This document shows positions 62,516 to 64,000 of a DNA stretch of 64,000 nucleotides, one piece after another; within the stretch, counting starts at the first letter, position 1; the number at the start of each line of letters is the position of its first letter. This DNA comes from Octopus sinensis. Taxonomy: Eukaryota. The position numbers and the translations under genes were made by a program. The stretch is from assembly GCF_006345805.1 (NCBI RefSeq), contig NC_042997.1, forward strand, positions 86,986,001-87,050,000, read 5' to 3'. The notes beneath the pieces are model-generated. The model had not been told where the DNA came from. It ran no database searches and saw only the letters and a list, made by a program, of their open reading frames with translations.

Positions 62516-63134
62516 AAACTATGCCCTCTAATCCCGAGTAAGACCGGATATCTCTGCTAAAACACATAAATTTGATCTGAGCACTGATTTACCTTATTTG
62601 GTTTTATTTATTTATTTATTTATTTTTTTTGCATATTGAACAATTTTAAAACTCAGACACACATGCGCGTAAACACACATACACACACGCACGCACACAG
62701 CTACCCACACACACGCCCACACACACATACGCATACACATGTATCCATATATATGCGTGTATAATATATGTATGAAAATATATCTGCATGTGTTCTTAGT
62801 CGTCAATGTGGCATCATAAATATACAAAGCTAGGTAACATGTGTATATTTTTGTAGGTAACGTAGTCAGTAGCTGTTTAAATGATATATAAATTATATCA
62901 TGCCTGTAGTGTCCCATGACTAATCCGTATAGCTGAATATTGATTTAGAGAATATGATTTATTGCAATTGTAAAAACATTGTTCTGCCGTGTAGCTGTCA
63001 CTGTTTCCTAGTTGTATGAGGCAGAAAACTTGCGAAAATTTTGTGTATGATATATCTGGATGAAAAATAAATATGAGATTGATTTTAATTGTGCGTTTTA
63101 AATAACAATTTGTGAATTACTTGTACGCATATTA

Positions 63135-63630
63135 AAAAACTGAGTTCGATGTAATCGACTAGACGCTACCCTGAAAATTACTGGTCTTGAACCTTAAGTA
63201 GAAATCAAGAATGATGGGGTTGTAGAATTATTAGAATATCGGGAAACCGTCTTGCAACGTTTGTTATGAATTTTTGTGTTCTGAGTCCAAATATTATTTA
63301 GCTCGGCATTGTCTATCATACTTCTGGATTGATAAACTGATGTACAAGTCAAGTACCGCGATTTGAGATTGATTTAATTGACTAACTCCACCCCTCAAAA
63401 TTACTGGACACGTAATTTTGAGTTAGAACTTGGTAGAGTCATTAAAGCATCGGAAAAAATATCTTGCAGTCATTTGCTCAAGTTTTTTATGTTCTGAGAT
63501 CAAATCCTGCTGAGTGGGGGCAATGTTGTCCTTCATCCCTCGGGACTCGATAACATAATGTGACACTCGGAGGTTGGGGTCGATGTAATCGGCTAAGACC
63601 TCCAACCTCCCCCACACTCGAAACTAGTAA
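63135..63630 (+). mobile_element. Cluster of about three degraded family D SINE pieces
   Basis: TCGATGTAATCG at ~63147 and ~63580, AAAATTACTGG at ~63175 and ~63398, and AGAGTCATTA/AGAATTATTA heads. Confidence 0.6.
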
Positions 63631-64000
63631 TGTTCAGTATTTTATCCAACTCTTAAACGAGTCTGCGACTCTGATGCTCTATTTCATCTCCGACACTTGA
63701 ACATAATTGTATGATAGAAATATTAATAAGCATATGATAGAAAGAAAACATTAGTCCAGGTGAAATGTAAAATTTCGCTGAATTATTTGATCATAACGGT
63801 AATAAAAATCCGTATCACTTCATTTATAAAGAAAGAAATATATCTAAGGCGTACCATTAAAGGAGCAATGACTTTCATTTCTGGTGGCACGGGGATTGTT
63901 TGTGAAGTAATGACTATAATGAAGCCAACAGGTTCACGGCACGAGGAGGATATCATAGACATGTGCCAGTGACGAGAAGTGATGAAAGGCAGGGAGCATG

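Noticed and set aside
63760-64000. GC-richer sequence and short ORF at the window end
   Set aside because: No recognisable motif in any frame, and it is truncated by the window edge.

Overview
AT-rich, microsatellite-saturated eukaryotic DNA. The repeat repertoire points to an animal, most likely an octopus (inference from the repeat types, not from a database hit). No intact host gene, true tRNA/rRNA gene or CRISPR array is visible. The window is mostly transposon debris: six R4/Dong-like restriction-like-endonuclease LINE fragments, several sitting in (AAT)n; four Tx1/L1-clade pieces, including a near full-length copy and a 5'-truncated copy that both sit in (ATCT)n; a nearly intact CR1-group LINE in (TA)n; Penelope-like GIY-YIG/RT relics; four Tc1/mariner-superfamily relics; a hAT MITE with target-site duplication; a non-autonomous Helitron; and many tRNA-derived SINEs built from shuffled modules. 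The main hidden signal is at least eight distinct minimal type I hammerhead-ribozyme motifs (824+, 9390+, 13116-, 20203+, 26930-, 43384-, 48110-, 51924+). Four of them lie in or against fold-back inverted repeats, and none is next to a Penelope ORF. Other signals: apparent partitioning of microsatellite types between LINE clades, and a possible chain of three phase-1 micro/terminal exons (46307-46917, minus strand) encoding a Tyr-motif tail. All calls were made by eye; identities are estimates.
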